Virus record (IMG/VR): IMGVR_UViG_3300020735_000006
Span: 35,950-99,949 of that record
DNA length: 64,000 nucleotides
Origin: a virus
Taxonomy: Duplodnaviria; Heunggongvirae; Uroviricota; Caudoviricetes
Direction: 5' to 3' (one strand)
The notes under the pieces are model-generated. The model worked only from the letters and a program-made list of their open reading frames with translations. It had not been told where the DNA came from and did no database searches. Made by a program: the position numbers and the translations under genes. Below, in pieces: positions 29,363-39,183 of this stretch (the stretch's first letter is position 1; each line of letters opens with the position of its first letter).

Positions 29363-29602
29363 ATGAAATGTTTTACTTGCCGTACAGAATATAATACTGG
29401 ACCGTGCCCAACGTGTGAAAGAAACAGGTTATTGTCTGAACAAAATAAGATCTTAGAAAGATCGAATACATCTTACCGTTATGATGGGCCACCTGCATCC
29501 GACGATCCTGTAATTATTTTTTGGTCTTGGGTGATTATGATAGTTATATTGGTCCCTCCACTATGTTTTTTCTATTATGTAGTAAGCGGTATGGCAAATT
29601 GA
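29363..29602 (+). CDS. Small zinc-ribbon membrane protein
   Basis: CFTC…CPTC pair of CxxC, plus a C-terminal hydrophobic helix (IIFWSWVIMIVILVPPLCFFYYVV). Confidence 0.5.
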   Translation: MKCFTCRTEYNTGPCPTCERNRLLSEQNKILERSNTSYRYDGPPASDDPVIIFWSWVIMIVILVPPLCFFYYVVSGMAN

Positions 29603-29627
29603 CCATTAATTCCCATAATGCTATAAT
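29599..29627 (+). promoter_or_regulatory. Early promoter TTGACC-N17-TATAAT
   Basis: Spacer ATTAATTCCCATAATGC. Confidence 0.55.
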
Positions 29628-29657
29628 GTATGTATAGTGAAATTAAAGGAGTTATAA

Positions 29658-29876
29658 ATGTCAATGTTTAATACTTGTGTAGATCAGTTAGTTAAAGTAA
29701 CTCTTACAAACGAAAACGTAAAAACTGAGTTTTATAACGGTACCTTGTTTGTTAGCACTATTACAGAAGCTCAAGCTCGTAGCGTATTCCATAGACTGAG
29801 CGAAACTTTGGGATTGGGCAAAGTACTAGTAAGCCCAATTGGCGACACAGGCGAATATGCCTTTGATTTTGTTTGA
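29658..29876 (+). CDS. Hypothetical small protein
   Basis: 72 aa. RBS AAAGGAG. Confidence 0.5.
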   Translation: MSMFNTCVDQLVKVTLTNENVKTEFYNGTLFVSTITEAQARSVFHRLSETLGLGKVLVSPIGDTGEYAFDFV

Positions 29877-29901
29877 CCATTAATTCCCAAAATGCTATAA
29901 T
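29873..29901 (+). promoter_or_regulatory. Early promoter TTGACC-N17-TATAAT
   Basis: Spacer ATTAATTCCCAAAATGC. Confidence 0.55.
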
Positions 29902-29931
29902 ATTAGTATAGTAATTAATAAGGAGCGAGCA

Positions 29932-30120
29932 ATGCCAAAATTTTATGTAACCAAAGCAGTTTATTTGAGTCTAGAAGTTGAAGCCGAACTCGAAGAAGAT
30001 GCGGTTAAAATTGCACAGGATATAGACTATACTGAGTGGGATGTCGACGATGAGGACGAGCCCGTAGCCGAAACTGATGTAGACCCTATTGAAAATCCAG
30101 AGTACTACAGACAAGGTTGA
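29932..30120 (+). CDS. Hypothetical small acidic protein
   Basis: 62 aa, Asp/Glu-rich. RBS AAGGAG. Confidence 0.5.
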   Translation: MPKFYVTKAVYLSLEVEAELEEDAVKIAQDIDYTEWDVDDEDEPVAETDVDPIENPEYYRQG

Positions 30121-30145
30121 TCATTAATTCCCAATATTGTATAAT
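30117..30145 (+). promoter_or_regulatory. Early promoter TTGATC-N17-TATAAT
   Basis: Spacer ATTAATTCCCAATATTG. Confidence 0.55.
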
Positions 30146-30174
30146 AGTTGTATTGTTAATAAGAAGGAGCTAGA

Positions 30175-31218
30175 ATGACCGTATCTTTTATTAAAATTAA
30201 AAACGGTGCATATCGCACTACAGAAGTAAGTGGTCAAGTATTCCAGTTAGTAGAACAATATAAAAACACAGCTAAAGGTGGATATGTGACTGTAAAGAAT
30301 GGTGGTAAGTTTCCTGGATTCCCGGAAGACATCCGTGTCAAAGTAGAAGGTATGAGTGATTACGAGTTTGTAAGTGAACAAGAATTTGTTGAAGCTGGCA
30401 ATACCCCGGTGGCAGAAGCTAAGGCATTAGAAACAGCACAAGAGTCCGACGAAGAAGTTATTGAGCGTATTCGTCAGCGTTTTGAGATCTTAGACGAAAT
30501 GGCTACTGCTGCTACCACAGGTGATATCCGTGCTATGATTGTAAGTGGCCCTCCTGGGGTTGGTAAGTCGTTTGGTGTAGAGCGCATTGTTGAAAAGGCC
30601 TGCTTGTTTGATCAAATCTCAGGTAAGCGACTACGTGCAGAAGTAGTTAAAGGTTCTGCTACAGCAATTGGTTTGTATACTACACTTTATAAGTATTCGG
30701 ATTCAAATTGCGTATTAGTGTTTGATGACTGTGACTCAATCTTGTTAGATGACGTTTGCTTGAACTTGCTTAAAGGTGCTTTAGACTCAGGTAAGAAGCG
30801 TAAGATTAGCTGGTTGTCTGATAGTAACATGTTGCGTCGCGAAGGCGTTCCAGATACATTTAACTTTAATGGTTCAGTAATCTTTATTACTAACTTAAAG
30901 TTCGATCAAATGAAGTCGCAGAAGTTGCGTGATCACTTGGATGCACTACAATCACGTTGTCACTATTTAGACTTAACACTTGACACAATGCGTGATAAAG
31001 TATTACGTATTAAACAGATTGCCAAAGATGGCGAGTTGTTTAGTGAATATGATTTTGATCAAGTGGTACAAGATGAGATCATCGAGTTCTTAGAAGAAAA
31101 CAAGAACAAGATGCGTGAGATGTCGTTGCGTATGGCTATTAAGGTAGCAGACTTACGTAAGAGTTTTCCACTTAAATGGAAGGCTATGGCTCAAGTTACT
31201 TGTATGAAAGCGGCTTAA
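30175..31218 (+). CDS. AAA-type ATPase
   Basis: Walker A GPPGVGKS. Walker B VLVFDDCD. Confidence 0.6.
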   Translation: MTVSFIKIKNGAYRTTEVSGQVFQLVEQYKNTAKGGYVTVKNGGKFPGFPEDIRVKVEGMSDYEFVSEQEFVEAGNTPVAEAKALETAQESDEEVIERIRQRFEILDEMATAATTGDIRAMIVSGPPGVGKSFGVERIVEKACLFDQISGKRLRAEVVKGSATAIGLYTTLYKYSDSNCVLVFDDCDSILLDDVCLNLLKGALDSGKKRKISWLSDSNMLRREGVPDTFNFNGSVIFITNLKFDQMKSQKLRDHLDALQSRCHYLDLTLDTMRDKVLRIKQIAKDGELFSEYDFDQVVQDEIIEFLEENKNKMREMSLRMAIKVADLRKSFPLKWKAMAQVTCMKAA

Positions 31219-31219
31219 T

Positions 31220-31450
31220 ATGTCTTACGAATGGTCAGCCCCGGATATTGAACAATCGGTTATTGAACGTATGGGAGAAATGTATACTCAGTATGCTGGT
31301 ACTCTGAGAGAATTGAATAACTTAAAATTTGGAAACAATGTAGTAGTTCCGGTAAGTGAAGAACACGCAAGATTTATGTTAGCAGTAGCACAGAGTTATT
31401 TAAGTAGACGCCATCAAGAAACCATTGATGTTTTAATGAAAGATTATTAA
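31220..31450 (+). CDS. Hypothetical small protein
   Basis: 76-aa ORF directly after the ATPase. Confidence 0.5.
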   Translation: MSYEWSAPDIEQSVIERMGEMYTQYAGTLRELNNLKFGNNVVVPVSEEHARFMLAVAQSYLSRRHQETIDVLMKDY

Positions 31451-31451
31451 T

Positions 31452-31628
31452 ATGATTAGAATTTGGGTAGGGTTTGCAATACTGTTCGCAGTATTCTATT
31501 TTGGTATTCCAGTTGTACGTCATATGTCTGGCGCAGAGAAATGGGACTTGACAAAAACCTTTTTGTTTAGTATGCTATGCAGTCTATTAGCATTTATTGT
31601 AATGATGTTATTTGTATTTTTATTCTAA
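31452..31628 (+). CDS. Small hydrophobic membrane protein (58 aa), not in ORF track
   Basis: Hand-translated: MIRIWVGFAILFAVFYFGIPVV…LLAFIVMMLFVFLF. Two predicted TM helices. Confidence 0.35.
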   Translation: MIRIWVGFAILFAVFYFGIPVVRHMSGAEKWDLTKTFLFSMLCSLLAFIVMMLFVFLF

Positions 31629-31636
31629 GGAACACA

Positions 31637-32434
31637 ATGAACAAGACTTTTAAATTAGGCGTACTGGTAGCGGCATTAGCGGCTACTACAGCATGTACTC
31701 GTATCGAAACAGGCACAGTAGGTCTGCGTGTTGATATGAGCAAACAGATTGCAGGTAACGAGTTACAGCCGGGTTCGTGGAATCAAACAATGTTTGGCGA
31801 TGTACTTGAGTTTCAAGTTCGCTCAATTCAAGTTGCGTGGGATAACTTAACTCCACAAACAGCAGATAACTCTACACTCAAAGACTTTGACGTAGCAATG
31901 ATTTATGAAATCAACCCAACCGCAGTAAGCGAGTTGTGGATTAATCAATCACGTAGCTTCCATACATATGATCACAGCGAATACTACTTGATGTACAAGT
32001 ATATGTCACAGTTGCTTAACTCTGCTACTGCAAAGGCTGTTCGCAAGTACAAGGCGCTTGATGTAGCTGATAATCGTGCTAACATCGAAGCTGATATCCG
32101 TACTATTGTAGACCAAATGCTTAAAGAAGAAAAACTAGACAAGTCAATTACTGTTAGTCAGATTCGTGTAACTAATGCTACTCCAGCAGATGACATTGTA
32201 GCAAGTGCAAATGCCGCAGTTAAAGCTACAAACGATTTGAAAACTAAACAAGTTGAAGTACAGATTGCTCAACAAGAAGCTATCCGTATCCAAACATTGA
32301 ATAGTAATTCACAGGCTATTCCATACATGAACGCAATGGCTACAATGGAAATTGCCAAAGCAGTACGTGAAGGCAAAGTCCAGACTATTGTTGTGCCAGC
32401 AGACTTCAAAGGTATGCTGAACGTAGGCAAATAA
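31637..32434 (+). CDS. Putative lipoprotein (possible SPFH/band-7-like)
   Basis: Start placed at MNKTFKLGVLVAALAATTAC (signal peptide plus Cys) with RBS AAGGAA. The track ORF starts 60 nt upstream without an RBS. Confidence 0.5.
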   Translation: MNKTFKLGVLVAALAATTACTRIETGTVGLRVDMSKQIAGNELQPGSWNQTMFGDVLEFQVRSIQVAWDNLTPQTADNSTLKDFDVAMIYEINPTAVSELWINQSRSFHTYDHSEYYLMYKYMSQLLNSATAKAVRKYKALDVADNRANIEADIRTIVDQMLKEEKLDKSITVSQIRVTNATPADDIVASANAAVKATNDLKTKQVEVQIAQQEAIRIQTLNSNSQAIPYMNAMATMEIAKAVREGKVQTIVVPADFKGMLNVGK

Positions 32435-32444
32435 GTTTTGTAGT

Positions 32445-32512
32445 ACCCGTAGCTCGTTTTAGCTCCTGAGTTACGGTTTTTATACCCCGGGTTTAACCAC
32501 TCGGGGTTTTTT
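32445..32512 (+). terminator. Tandem hairpins with T-tract (terminator)
   Basis: CCGTAGCTC…GAGTTACGG, then CCCCG…CGGGG followed by TTTTTT. Confidence 0.5.
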
Positions 32513-32550
32513 AATTTGCACTACTAAGAAAAATATGTTACACTAATGCT

Positions 32551-33735
32551 ATGGCACAATTTACATATTCCCACGTTGAAGACTACATTGAAATCATTGC
32601 CGGACATAGACATCCTGGCGGAAAAAGCAAACACAGTATATTCCAACTTCCCGAAAGTCCTATTAATTTAGCACGATACGATGTTAAAGTTATGGAAAGT
32701 TTTGCTGAGCAATGCCATAATGGAGTTGCATTTACAGATCGCCAGGCTAAGTTAGCTACAGATTTAGTTGTTAAATATGAGCGCCAATTATTTAAACTAG
32801 GTGTAGATATTACTCCAGTTAAAACAAACGCAGAATTTAGGATACCATTGCGCGAAATAGATCGTACTAGCCGAGTGTGGGTAGAAAATGACTCTATAAA
32901 TTTGAAATTTCCATACTTAGCAGATATAATTGAAACAGTTAGAGCAGAATCAAAATCTAGTAAAGGCAAAATACAATGGCAACACGAAAAAAAATATTGG
33001 TCTGCTGATTTAACTGAACACAATGTAAATTGGGTTTATACATTTGCTCGTCAACACAACTTTGACATTGACTCTAGTCTTACTAAAGCAATGGACTTGT
33101 TGCTAGACGCAGAAAAAGAACCATACGCAATCGAATTACGTGCCGATGCTGATGTATTAAGTATTACTAATGCACATGATACATTAACAGAATATGTTAA
33201 TGAACAATTAGGTGGACTTAGTACAGATAATTTACTCACATTAGTTGACAATGCTCCTATACTTGGATATACAGTTGATAAAGTTATTGAGGAAGTAGTT
33301 ATTGACGCATACGGTACACGATTCTGGAGTTTATGTGCTAACAGAGAACTTAAAGTTGATACAACAACTAGTAGTAACTTAGTTAAAGATATTGCCGAGT
33401 ATGCTTGCGCTACTAATAGATTTCCTATATATGTGTACGAACCTGATTTAAGTAATCGATTAAAAACAGAATTTAATAAATTCTTCCCGGGTGCAATGAT
33501 GACTCTTGATAATAAAGTAATGGATAAAGGAATTACCGAAGATATTAAGGTCGTATATACTACCAAAATTCCACGTGCGGCCATTGCACGTATACCGTTG
33601 ATGGTTAGTAGTGCTGGTATGTTATTTGGCGGTGACCGCCAAATGTGGATTCAAACAGCAGAAAAGGTTGTATACTTTACTAAAGATGTGTACAATAAAA
33701 ACTCCAAAGGACCAGACGTGTGCAAGCTAAACTAA
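32551..33735 (+). CDS. Hypothetical protein
   Basis: 394-aa ORF. Possible promoter TTGCAC-N17-TACACT upstream. Confidence 0.5.
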   Translation: MAQFTYSHVEDYIEIIAGHRHPGGKSKHSIFQLPESPINLARYDVKVMESFAEQCHNGVAFTDRQAKLATDLVVKYERQLFKLGVDITPVKTNAEFRIPLREIDRTSRVWVENDSINLKFPYLADIIETVRAESKSSKGKIQWQHEKKYWSADLTEHNVNWVYTFARQHNFDIDSSLTKAMDLLLDAEKEPYAIELRADADVLSITNAHDTLTEYVNEQLGGLSTDNLLTLVDNAPILGYTVDKVIEEVVIDAYGTRFWSLCANRELKVDTTTSSNLVKDIAEYACATNRFPIYVYEPDLSNRLKTEFNKFFPGAMMTLDNKVMDKGITEDIKVVYTTKIPRAAIARIPLMVSSAGMLFGGDRQMWIQTAEKVVYFTKDVYNKNSKGPDVCKLN

Positions 33736-35207
33736 TAATCAAAGACGAAGTTAATCTAAAAATTGAAGGACTTGAACTAGCAGATAGAACTGCATTAGTT
33801 AAGAAATTTAAATACGAAGTACCAGGCGCTAGATATCAGCCCGCTGTCAGACTAGGCAGGTGGGATGGTAAGGTTGCGTTCTTCCAACTTGGTGGTAGCA
33901 GTTATATCAACTTGCTTGCAGATATACTTCCTATCTTAGAACAGCGCAACTATGATGTTGAGATTGAAGATTTACGTGACTATAGAACTAGTTTTACATT
34001 TGATCAAGTAACTGAAGATACCTTTGCACATATACTGTGGCCAAAAGGACATCCGCAAGAAGGTAAGCCTATCGTTCTGCGTGATTATCAAATACAGATT
34101 TTAAACAACTTCCTAGCTAATCCACAAAGCATACAAGAAGTGGCAACGGGCGCAGGCAAAACTATTATGACTGCGGCGTTAAGTAAAAGCATTGAAGCTT
34201 ATGGTCGTAGTATTATTATTGTTCCAAACAAAAGCCTAGTAACACAAACAGAAGCAGACTATATTAACATGGGGCTTGATGTTGGCGTGTACTTTGGTGA
34301 TCGTAAAGAGTGGGGCAAAACACACACTATCTGTACTTGGCAAAGTCTAAACGTATTGCTAAAAGCAACACAAGCAGGCACAGCAGAAGTAACTATTGGT
34401 GAGTTTATTGAAGATGTTGTCTGCGTTATGGTAGATGAAGTACACATGGCCAAAGCAGATGCATTAAAGACTTTACTCACAGGTGTGTTTGCCAAGGTAC
34501 CTATTCGTTGGGGATTAACTGGGACTATTCCGCAAGAAGAATACGAACGTGTTAGTTTGTTATGCAGTCTTGGTCCAGTCATTGGTAAACTAACTGCCAG
34601 TGAACTTCAAGAAGCAGGCCACTTGGCTAATTGTCATGTAAATATAGTACAACTTCAGGATAGTGTAGAGTATACAGATTATCAAAGCGAATTAAAATAC
34701 CTGGTAACAAATACAGCACGTCTAGCATTTTTGGCCAGATTAATTGATGGTATTAAAGAAGGTGGCAATACACTTATTCTTGTTGATCGAATTGAAACAG
34801 GCAAGCTATTACAAGTAGAACTAAGCACGTTGTTTAGTTTACTCAGTAGCAAGCCTGACGTAGTCTTTGTTAGCGGAGCAACTAAGTCCGCAGAAAGAAA
34901 AGAAGAATATGATGAAATTGCAACAAGTACTAATAAGATTATTATTGCTACCTATGGTGTTGCTGCTGTGGGCATTAATATCCCTAGGATTTTTAATCTT
35001 GTGCTTATTGAGCCCGGTAAGTCCTTTGTTAGAGTTATCCAGTCCATTGGGCGTGGGATCCGCAAAGCGGAAGACAAAGATTTTGTCCAAATCTGGGACA
35101 TAACAAGTACCTGCAAGTTTGCTAAACGACACCTTACTAAGCGTAAGCAGTTTTATAAAGAAGCAAACTATCCATTTACAATAGAAAAAACACCATGGCA
35201 AAATTAG
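33720..35207 (+). CDS. SF2 DEAD/DEAH-box helicase, UvsW-like
   Basis: Walker A VATGAGKT. DEVH box. TGT motif III. QSIGRGIR motif VI. N-terminal extra domain, as in T4 UvsW. Confidence 0.7.
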   Translation: MQAKLIIKDEVNLKIEGLELADRTALVKKFKYEVPGARYQPAVRLGRWDGKVAFFQLGGSSYINLLADILPILEQRNYDVEIEDLRDYRTSFTFDQVTEDTFAHILWPKGHPQEGKPIVLRDYQIQILNNFLANPQSIQEVATGAGKTIMTAALSKSIEAYGRSIIIVPNKSLVTQTEADYINMGLDVGVYFGDRKEWGKTHTICTWQSLNVLLKATQAGTAEVTIGEFIEDVVCVMVDEVHMAKADALKTLLTGVFAKVPIRWGLTGTIPQEEYERVSLLCSLGPVIGKLTASELQEAGHLANCHVNIVQLQDSVEYTDYQSELKYLVTNTARLAFLARLIDGIKEGGNTLILVDRIETGKLLQVELSTLFSLLSSKPDVVFVSGATKSAERKEEYDEIATSTNKIIIATYGVAAVGINIPRIFNLVLIEPGKSFVRVIQSIGRGIRKAEDKDFVQIWDITSTCKFAKRHLTKRKQFYKEANYPFTIEKTPWQN

Positions 35208-35977
35208 TAGTATGCGGAGATTCGAATGCGGCTGCAAGTGTACATACTCCGGGAAAACACTTCAGTGAATTGCTTGCTGACCAATTAGACTATGAGTTAA
35301 TTAGTTTGGCTCGCGGTGGCATGAGTAATGCTGGTATTTGTTTGCAAATTGAATATGCTATTAATAAGATCAATCCACGCCCAGATTTTATTTTTATATC
35401 ATTAACTGATAGTTCACGCACAGAAATACCATACACCCCAACTAACTCTGCTTTTTTTGATAACAGTACAGATCTATGGAATAAACTGCGCCGCGGATAT
35501 GACATTACTCGCGGATTGGAAAACGTAGTATATGACCATGATAATTATCTAAGTTCTAGAAACTCTTTCTTAAACAAAAACCCAACTATACGATCTGATA
35601 ATGTAGGATCAATGACGTGGGAGGGATTTTATAAAGTGCCAGCGCAACAAAAGGTTGCAATGCAGTATTATATTACAGAATTGTTTGACATGAACTGGAA
35701 AGAACAGCTCGATATTTGGTGTATTAAAAATTGCCTCAGAGATTTAGTCGATTCCGGAATTCCATTTTTAGTTAGACAAGAACACTTTTTAAGAAATTGT
35801 GCTTGGTTGCCCGAGATTAATTGTATTGATAGTAATCTATTAAATTATGGCATCTATTCGCAAGCGAGCTTTAAAGATCCAGCATTTGTAGACCCAGGAT
35901 ATCATACCAAAGAGGAACACCAAGTTGAAATAGCCAACTTATTGTATCCGTATATAGAAAAAATACTACAACAATGA
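35195..35977 (+). CDS. SGNH/GDSL-hydrolase-like protein (paralog 1 of 4)
   Basis: N-terminal VVCGDSNAA (GDS block). ARGGMSN (Gly block). C-terminal DPGYHTKEEH (DxxH-like). Confidence 0.5.
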   Translation: MAKLVVCGDSNAAASVHTPGKHFSELLADQLDYELISLARGGMSNAGICLQIEYAINKINPRPDFIFISLTDSSRTEIPYTPTNSAFFDNSTDLWNKLRRGYDITRGLENVVYDHDNYLSSRNSFLNKNPTIRSDNVGSMTWEGFYKVPAQQKVAMQYYITELFDMNWKEQLDIWCIKNCLRDLVDSGIPFLVRQEHFLRNCAWLPEINCIDSNLLNYGIYSQASFKDPAFVDPGYHTKEEHQVEIANLLYPYIEKILQQ

Positions 35978-36771
35978 ATAAATTAATAGTGTGCGGATGT
36001 AGCTTTAGTGCACCAGCAAAAGATTTACCAGGTACTGCCTATGGAGAAGTATTAGCTAACAAGCTAGGATGGGAAGTAGAGATACTAGCTCGACAAGGAT
36101 GCAGTAATGGTGGCATTCGTATACAGATAGATGAAGTATTACGTCAACGCCCTACGTTTGCTATTATTGCCCCTACATTCCATGACCGTATGGAAATCCC
36201 TGCAAGTGCTGCACCATATGTACCACCGCCAGAAGAAAACAAAGGATGGAATTCGGATTTACAAAAACATTTACAACATAGTCATTTAAATGGATACAGC
36301 AAAGATGTTGGCATAGACAATGTAAATTATGGCAACAATCCGTATCGTATGATCTGCGAAACTATTTTTAGTCTAGTGGAGAATTATGATCATCCATATC
36401 GTAGTGCTAAAATAGATAAGAATACCCAGTTAGCAATGAAGCAATATGTTAACTTTTTGTATGATAGTGAATGGAAACGTCAACAAGACGAATGGATAAT
36501 TCGTGATGGTATTATGCAGTTATATTATGCCGATATCCCATTCTTACTAGTAGCAAATAACCTATGGAATAGCAATACCGTACGTGCGGCAATACCTAAT
36601 GTAGTTGATGACAAATATATGACCCTTGCCTATGAAGAAACTCCTGCTTATGCAACAAATACCTGGCCGTTTACCACAAAAATAGATCCCGGTTATCATG
36701 GTGATCCTAAGAGCCAAGAGTATCTAGCAGATACGTATTACAATATTATTAAAAATACTTGGAAATTATAA
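35974..36771 (+). CDS. SGNH-hydrolase-like protein (paralog 2)
   Basis: LIVCGCSFSAP, ARQGCSNGG and DPGYHGDP blocks parallel paralog 1. Confidence 0.5.
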   Translation: MNKLIVCGCSFSAPAKDLPGTAYGEVLANKLGWEVEILARQGCSNGGIRIQIDEVLRQRPTFAIIAPTFHDRMEIPASAAPYVPPPEENKGWNSDLQKHLQHSHLNGYSKDVGIDNVNYGNNPYRMICETIFSLVENYDHPYRSAKIDKNTQLAMKQYVNFLYDSEWKRQQDEWIIRDGIMQLYYADIPFLLVANNLWNSNTVRAAIPNVVDDKYMTLAYEETPAYATNTWPFTTKIDPGYHGDPKSQEYLADTYYNIIKNTWKL

Positions 36772-37712
36772 TGACAAATAATGCAATAACAACAACAGAA
36801 GCAGAGTTTAATTGGTTTAGTAATAATGGTGTGTTTATGCCAATGATCAATGATACTGGACGTAATATATTTTATAAAGCTGCAATCGAAAGTGCTGTAA
36901 AAGATAAGGTAGTATGTGATATTGGCACAGGTACTGGATTTCTAAGTGTTCTGGCCGCAAAAGCAGGCGCTAAAAAAGTATATGCAGTAGAAATGGATCC
37001 GGGTCGTGCCGAATTTGCCCGTAATGTAATTGCCAAGGTTGGACTCGGGGATGTCATTGAAGTTATCAATGATAATTTTTTAAATACAGATATTTCTGCA
37101 GACATTTATGTAAGCGAAACTATTGGCACACAGATATTCAATGAAAACATTATTGCCATTGCTAATCACGCTATCAGAAATGGCGGAGTGTTTATTCCTA
37201 GTCAATTTGAAATTGTAGCTCGTGTATATAAAAATCATCCAATATTCCCCATGGTGCAATCGAATAGTGATGCATTTGAGTTTCAACCAGACATCGAAAT
37301 TGATCCAGAGTTTGAAAATATTATCAATACTGGATTCCAACAACAACATGGATTAGATAATACATTATATCGTGCTAACTGTATTCACAATTTATTTTCA
37401 CAGTTACACAAGTTCGACGATCTACGTTTAACAACATTATACGAAACAGAACCTTTAATAGTAGACTTAAACAAACCCAACGATATTAATAATATACGTA
37501 TTACAATTCCAAATTCTGCCGTTGATACATCTACGCAAGATATATGTGTAGTATTATTTTGGAAAGCACGGTATCAAGATCTAACTATGAATGTAACAGA
37601 TACTATCTGGGGAAATCCTAGTAAAATTATTTTGCCTCGTTGCCGTAAAGTAGGGACTGATATTGTAACATGGTATGATCCTGCTATCAATGATTGGAGA
37701 TTTAGTTTTTGA
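36759..37712 (+). CDS. Class I SAM-dependent methyltransferase (PrmA/PRMT-like)
   Basis: VVCDIGTGTGFLSVLAAKAGAKKVYAVEMDP matches motif I / post-I of PrmA and PRMT-type methyltransferases. Confidence 0.55.
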   Translation: MEIIMTNNAITTTEAEFNWFSNNGVFMPMINDTGRNIFYKAAIESAVKDKVVCDIGTGTGFLSVLAAKAGAKKVYAVEMDPGRAEFARNVIAKVGLGDVIEVINDNFLNTDISADIYVSETIGTQIFNENIIAIANHAIRNGGVFIPSQFEIVARVYKNHPIFPMVQSNSDAFEFQPDIEIDPEFENIINTGFQQQHGLDNTLYRANCIHNLFSQLHKFDDLRLTTLYETEPLIVDLNKPNDINNIRITIPNSAVDTSTQDICVVLFWKARYQDLTMNVTDTIWGNPSKIILPRCRKVGTDIVTWYDPAINDWRFSF

Positions 37713-38257
37713 GAGCAGTCGCATTAGTAGCTCACCCCGACGATTGTGTTATCTTTGCTTGGCCTTTTATTGAAGCACATCCTGAGTTTGAATGGGTAAT
37801 TGTTTACTTGACCTATCGAGCATCGGACCCACGTGGGCAAGAACTAAAAGCATATTGGGATAAGCGTGGTATAGCGACAGTATTCATGGGTTATATAGAT
37901 GACTACACAGATCAGCAGACTGGAAAATTTAACTTTTGGGATCCGGGATTAGTAGGAGAACATACCGCAACAATGGTTCGTGCTATTAATACAGACTTAA
38001 TACTAACACATTACAAGGATGGCGACTACGGTCATATACATCATATGTTTATGTACCAAATAGCAGATTCATTAGATATACCAAAGGTTTACTTTGCAAG
38101 TACTTTCAATTATAATATAGAGTATGCAGTTGTAGATTCAGTTGCCATAGAAGAATTGCCGTTACACCAAGAAGTCATTGAAGGATTCCAGGATCGCAAC
38201 ATTGGCAGATATATTGTAACACCGGAAGCGGAACTTATACTAAAAGAAAAACAATGA
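37709..38257 (+). CDS. LmbE/PIG-L family N-acetylglucosaminyl deacetylase-like protein
   Basis: N-terminal VALVAHPDDCVIF (AHPDDE-like motif). HxxH later (HIHH). Confidence 0.6.
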   Translation: MRAVALVAHPDDCVIFAWPFIEAHPEFEWVIVYLTYRASDPRGQELKAYWDKRGIATVFMGYIDDYTDQQTGKFNFWDPGLVGEHTATMVRAINTDLILTHYKDGDYGHIHHMFMYQIADSLDIPKVYFASTFNYNIEYAVVDSVAIEELPLHQEVIEGFQDRNIGRYIVTPEAELILKEKQ

Positions 38258-38754
38258 GAATATTAACGTTAGACAACATAGCATATCCAATGGACCAGAT
38301 TCCAGATGAAATTGACGAAGTTAGGTTTTGTGTTTTGGATAATAGCGACCCTAAAGAACCGGATTATTTTTATATTCCCTTAATTTTTTTAGAATCTTTT
38401 AACAGTCCAGCACTAGTACTAAAGATTGGTGAGAATACAATACGTATGCCAGTGGATTGGCAAATTCTTATTGGCGAACCAGACTTTGGCGACTTAGAAG
38501 TTGTTCCACTAACAAGTATTAATGATCGTGGCTTTAATGTATTTTGTTTCAATCCATTAACAAGTTTCCGACCAGAATTTGCTCCTGTGGAAATCATTGA
38601 TATATATCAAGACGTTAAGTGGTATTTTCCTAAACTTAAACCTGGCCAACTATTAGCCATTCCCTTAACCGAAGGTCCAGAACCTATGTGTGCATATTTT
38701 ATTAAAGATATCTCACGTCAAAGCGAGGTCATTAACTACGGTAAGGTTTGGTAA
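38254..38754 (+). CDS. Hypothetical protein
   Basis: 166-aa ORF, ATGA-coupled. Confidence 0.5.
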   Translation: MRILTLDNIAYPMDQIPDEIDEVRFCVLDNSDPKEPDYFYIPLIFLESFNSPALVLKIGENTIRMPVDWQILIGEPDFGDLEVVPLTSINDRGFNVFCFNPLTSFRPEFAPVEIIDIYQDVKWYFPKLKPGQLLAIPLTEGPEPMCAYFIKDISRQSEVINYGKVW

Positions 38755-38755
38755 T

Positions 38756-39022
38756 ATGGGATTACTTAAACCTGGTGCTGCATACGTCTACGAACGAGCT
38801 GATGGTGTAACCTATGCTAGGGAAATAAATGCTCACCCCGGTGATAGAATAGCAATTGGCTGGGATTACGATTATAGACAAAAAACTGAACGTATTAAGT
38901 TATGGGACAGTATCCATAATGCCGCAAAGACTAATCCTGCTTTACAAGATGCTATAGAACGTGTTATAATGTTATATGAATTACAAAAAGGGGAAGATCC
39001 TCCCCAATGGCATCCGGTATGA
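38756..39022 (+). CDS. Hypothetical small protein
   Basis: Start moved to the ATG at 38756, immediately after the upstream stop. The track ORF begins inside the upstream gene. Confidence 0.45.
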   Translation: MGLLKPGAAYVYERADGVTYAREINAHPGDRIAIGWDYDYRQKTERIKLWDSIHNAAKTNPALQDAIERVIMLYELQKGEDPPQWHPV

Positions 39023-39183
39023 AAGAAGATAAATTTGGGCATAACGCTTTAATTGCAGAACTAAAAGAAGCTTCATTATGGGGCAACATAAAGAGACTAG
39101 CAAAGACAGACCCAGAGTTGCAAGAGCAGTTAGATAAAATCATTGTTTACTATAGGTTAAAATATGAGCAAAGAAGAAGATAA
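39019..39183 (+). CDS. Small hypothetical protein (54 aa), not in ORF track
   Basis: ATGA overlap with the previous gene. Hand-translated MKEDKFGHNALIAELKEASLWGNIKRLAKTDPELQEQLDKIIVYYRLKYEQRRR. Confidence 0.3.
   Translation: MKEDKFGHNALIAELKEASLWGNIKRLAKTDPELQEQLDKIIVYYRLKYEQRRR

Noticed and set aside
28567-30145. Repeated ~35-bp conserved elements considered as a possible CRISPR array
   Set aside because: The units are sigma70 promoters (TTGACC-N17-TATAAT). They are separated by irregular 240-1030-bp intervals, each containing an ORF with an RBS, and not by short uniform spacers. No cas genes are present.
32583-33584. Two long minus-strand ORFs (146 and 177 aa) opposite the 32551-33735 gene
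   Set aside because: Antisense to a longer +strand ORF in a region where all genes run on the + strand. Ser/Leu-rich translations and no RBS.
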